Shown here one piece after another: positions 61,515-62,689 of a stretch of 62,689 nucleotides of DNA. The position numbers were made by a program, and so were the translations under genes. The first letter of the stretch is position 1. Each line of letters begins with the position of its first letter. The stretch comes from Thermoplasmata archaeon (GTDB lineage: Archaea; Thermoplasmatota; Thermoplasmata; RBG-16-68-12), in NCBI GenBank assembly GCA_035557795.1, contig DATMDM010000098.1:1-62689 (forward strand), in the 5' to 3' direction. The notes beneath the pieces are model-generated. The model was given only the letters and a program-made list of their open reading frames with translations, was not told where the DNA came from and searched no databases.

Positions 61515-62514
61515 TGTCCGGGTTCGCGCGCCGTGCGAGCGCCGCGTAGTACGCGAGGAACTGCAGCGGCACGATGGAAAGGATCGGCCGAAGGATTCGA
61601 GGCATCGCAGGTAATCGGATTTTGGCGCGGGCGGACTCCCCCACCGTGGCGACCGTTGCCCCGGAGGCCTGGAGCGCTCGCGCGATCGCGACACTGCGCA
61701 GGCCATCGTCTCGAGAACGCAACATCACGATGGACTCCCGGTCGTCGATCGAGAGATAGGGGCCATGGAGGAATTGCTCGGTGTGGTAGCCGGTCGCCGG
61801 CACACTCGACGTCTCGCGGATCTTGAGCGCGGCCTCGAGGGCGGTGATCTCGTCGAGATCGCTTCCGAGGAACGTCACGCGAGCAGCGTGCGCGACCCGA
61901 GTCGCGAGTCGCCGGACCCGTGACTCGCAACCGAGCGTCGTCTCGAGGGACCGGGCGAGTCCTCTCAGCGACGGTTCAATCGCGGGTCCCAGGTTCGATC
62001 GTGATTGCGATGCGAGAGCGGCGAAGGCCGTGAGCTGCGTCGTGTAGCTCATCGTGTTCGCCCACGACCGGTCGTGAGTCGAGCCGATGACCAACGTGCG
62101 GTCCGCCACTCGTTCCATGGCGGAGCTCGGGAGACCGCACACCGCCAGAGTGCGGCAACCTCGCCGGTGCGCGCGGTGAAGGGCCCGGTTCGTCGTCGGT
62201 GTCGAGCCGCTGTGGCTCACCCCGATTACCGTCGCATTCGCCGGCACGGATGAGCCGTACGCAAGGTCGTACGCGTGAATCGCACGCACCGGGACGGAGG
62301 GCATGACCTCTTGAAACACACGCGCCCCGTACATCGCCGCATGGAACGACGTCCCGCACCCGGTCAGGACCAGACGCCGCGGTCTCCCGAGGAAGGAACT
62401 CCCACGCGCAGCGGCCGTCCGCTGCAACGCCTCCGCGACGAACGCAGGTTGGCCAAGAATCATGTCATGCATGTGGAACGGATGACGACGTCGCGGATCC
62501 GGAAAAGCGACCAT
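61459..62514 (-). CDS. SIS-domain sugar-phosphate isomerase/aminotransferase-like protein (two SIS repeats)
   Basis: LVLTGCGTSFHAAMYG and VIGVSHSGSTPTT. Start uncertain (62514, 62472 or 62583). Confidence 0.8.
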   Translation of the reverse strand: MVAFPDPRRRHPFHMHDMILGQPAFVAEALQRTAAARGSSFLGRPRRLVLTGCGTSFHAAMYGARVFQEVMPSVPVRAIHAYDLAYGSSVPANATVIGVSHSGSTPTTNRALHRAHRRGCRTLAVCGLPSSAMERVADRTLVIGSTHDRSWANTMSYTTQLTAFAALASQSRSNLGPAIEPSLRGLARSLETTLGCESRVRRLATRVAHAARVTFLGSDLDEITALEAALKIRETSSVPATGYHTEQFLHGPYLSIDDRESIVMLRSRDDGLRSVAIARALQASGATVATVGESARAKIRLPAMPRILRPILSIVPLQFLAYYAALARRANPDIMRTDIPRLRAGVEALFH

Positions 62515-62689
62515 GTCGGCGCATCGCGGCCCCGCCCTTAACTTCGACGGGAAGGGAGGCCCACCGGGGTCAAAACGGAACAAGTCCCGTCATTCTTAAA
62601 TCCGGTAACAGGACGGTCGCGGTCCGCGAGGTGAACGAAATGGACGGGCCGCCCAAAGAGCCGCACTAGCTGTCCGCGAGCCGCGCCGG

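Noticed and set aside
1-62689. CRISPR arrays, rRNA genes, transposases, integrases, toxin-antitoxin pairs
   Set aside because: I saw no regularly spaced direct repeats with unique spacers and no rRNA-like conserved stretches. No DDE, tyrosine or serine recombinase motifs were recognised in any ORF. The RHH proteins are too long and are not paired with small toxin-like ORFs.

Overview
High-GC (about 65% by eye) archaeal chromosomal segment. Archaeal markers are TFS, PCNA, Elp3, archaeal-type PGK and GlyRS, intron-containing tRNAs, TATA-type promoters and GGAGG-type ribosome-binding sites. The lineage is probably an uncultured euryarchaeote, possibly Thermoplasmatota-like (low confidence). I call about 65 genes. 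All domain calls are by-eye motif recognition; no searches were run. The ORF track starts at the most upstream ATG/GTG/TTG, so many starts were re-set by hand, and many long Arg/Pro/Gly-rich ORFs are antisense shadows typical of high-GC DNA. Housekeeping content: pcn, tfs, a GT2 glycosyltransferase, two amidohydrolases, an M20 peptidase, pgk, an NCS1 permease, glyS, elp3, NIF3, a GlcD-like oxidoreductase, a SIS protein, and tRNA-Tyr, tRNA-Phe and tRNA-Thr. The main candidate for a new system is 21.2-38.6 kb. It holds two paralogous giant type I surface proteins (1532 and 907 aa) whose roughly 260-aa cytoplasmic tails carry three CPxCG zinc ribbons. The same 23-residue ribbon module recurs in a coiled-coil protein and in a triple-ribbon helical-repeat protein. 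These sit with a KaiC-like ATPase, a 544-aa pilin-type protein, and a fusion of a DUF4388-like domain, a bacterial DnaA-type AAA+ module and a DUF835-like domain. The two surface genes share a promoter-proximal palindrome and an 80-nt leader. Other accessory loci: (1) a type IV pilus-like operon with two PilB/ArlI-type ATPases and a platform protein split into two genes (13.4-19.9 kb); (2) two tandem RHH regulator paralogs beside a three-gene KaiC-like operon (4.3-8.0 kb); (3) a tRNA-Thr(CGU) gene cut in its anticodon loop by a 1.39-kb lower-GC insert that carries its own intron-containing tRNA-Thr(CGU) (45.1-46.6 kb); (4) a Ras-superfamily GTPase beside a membrane protein with a roadblock-like domain (50.2-52.0 kb). 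No CRISPR array, rRNA, transposase or integrase was recognised.
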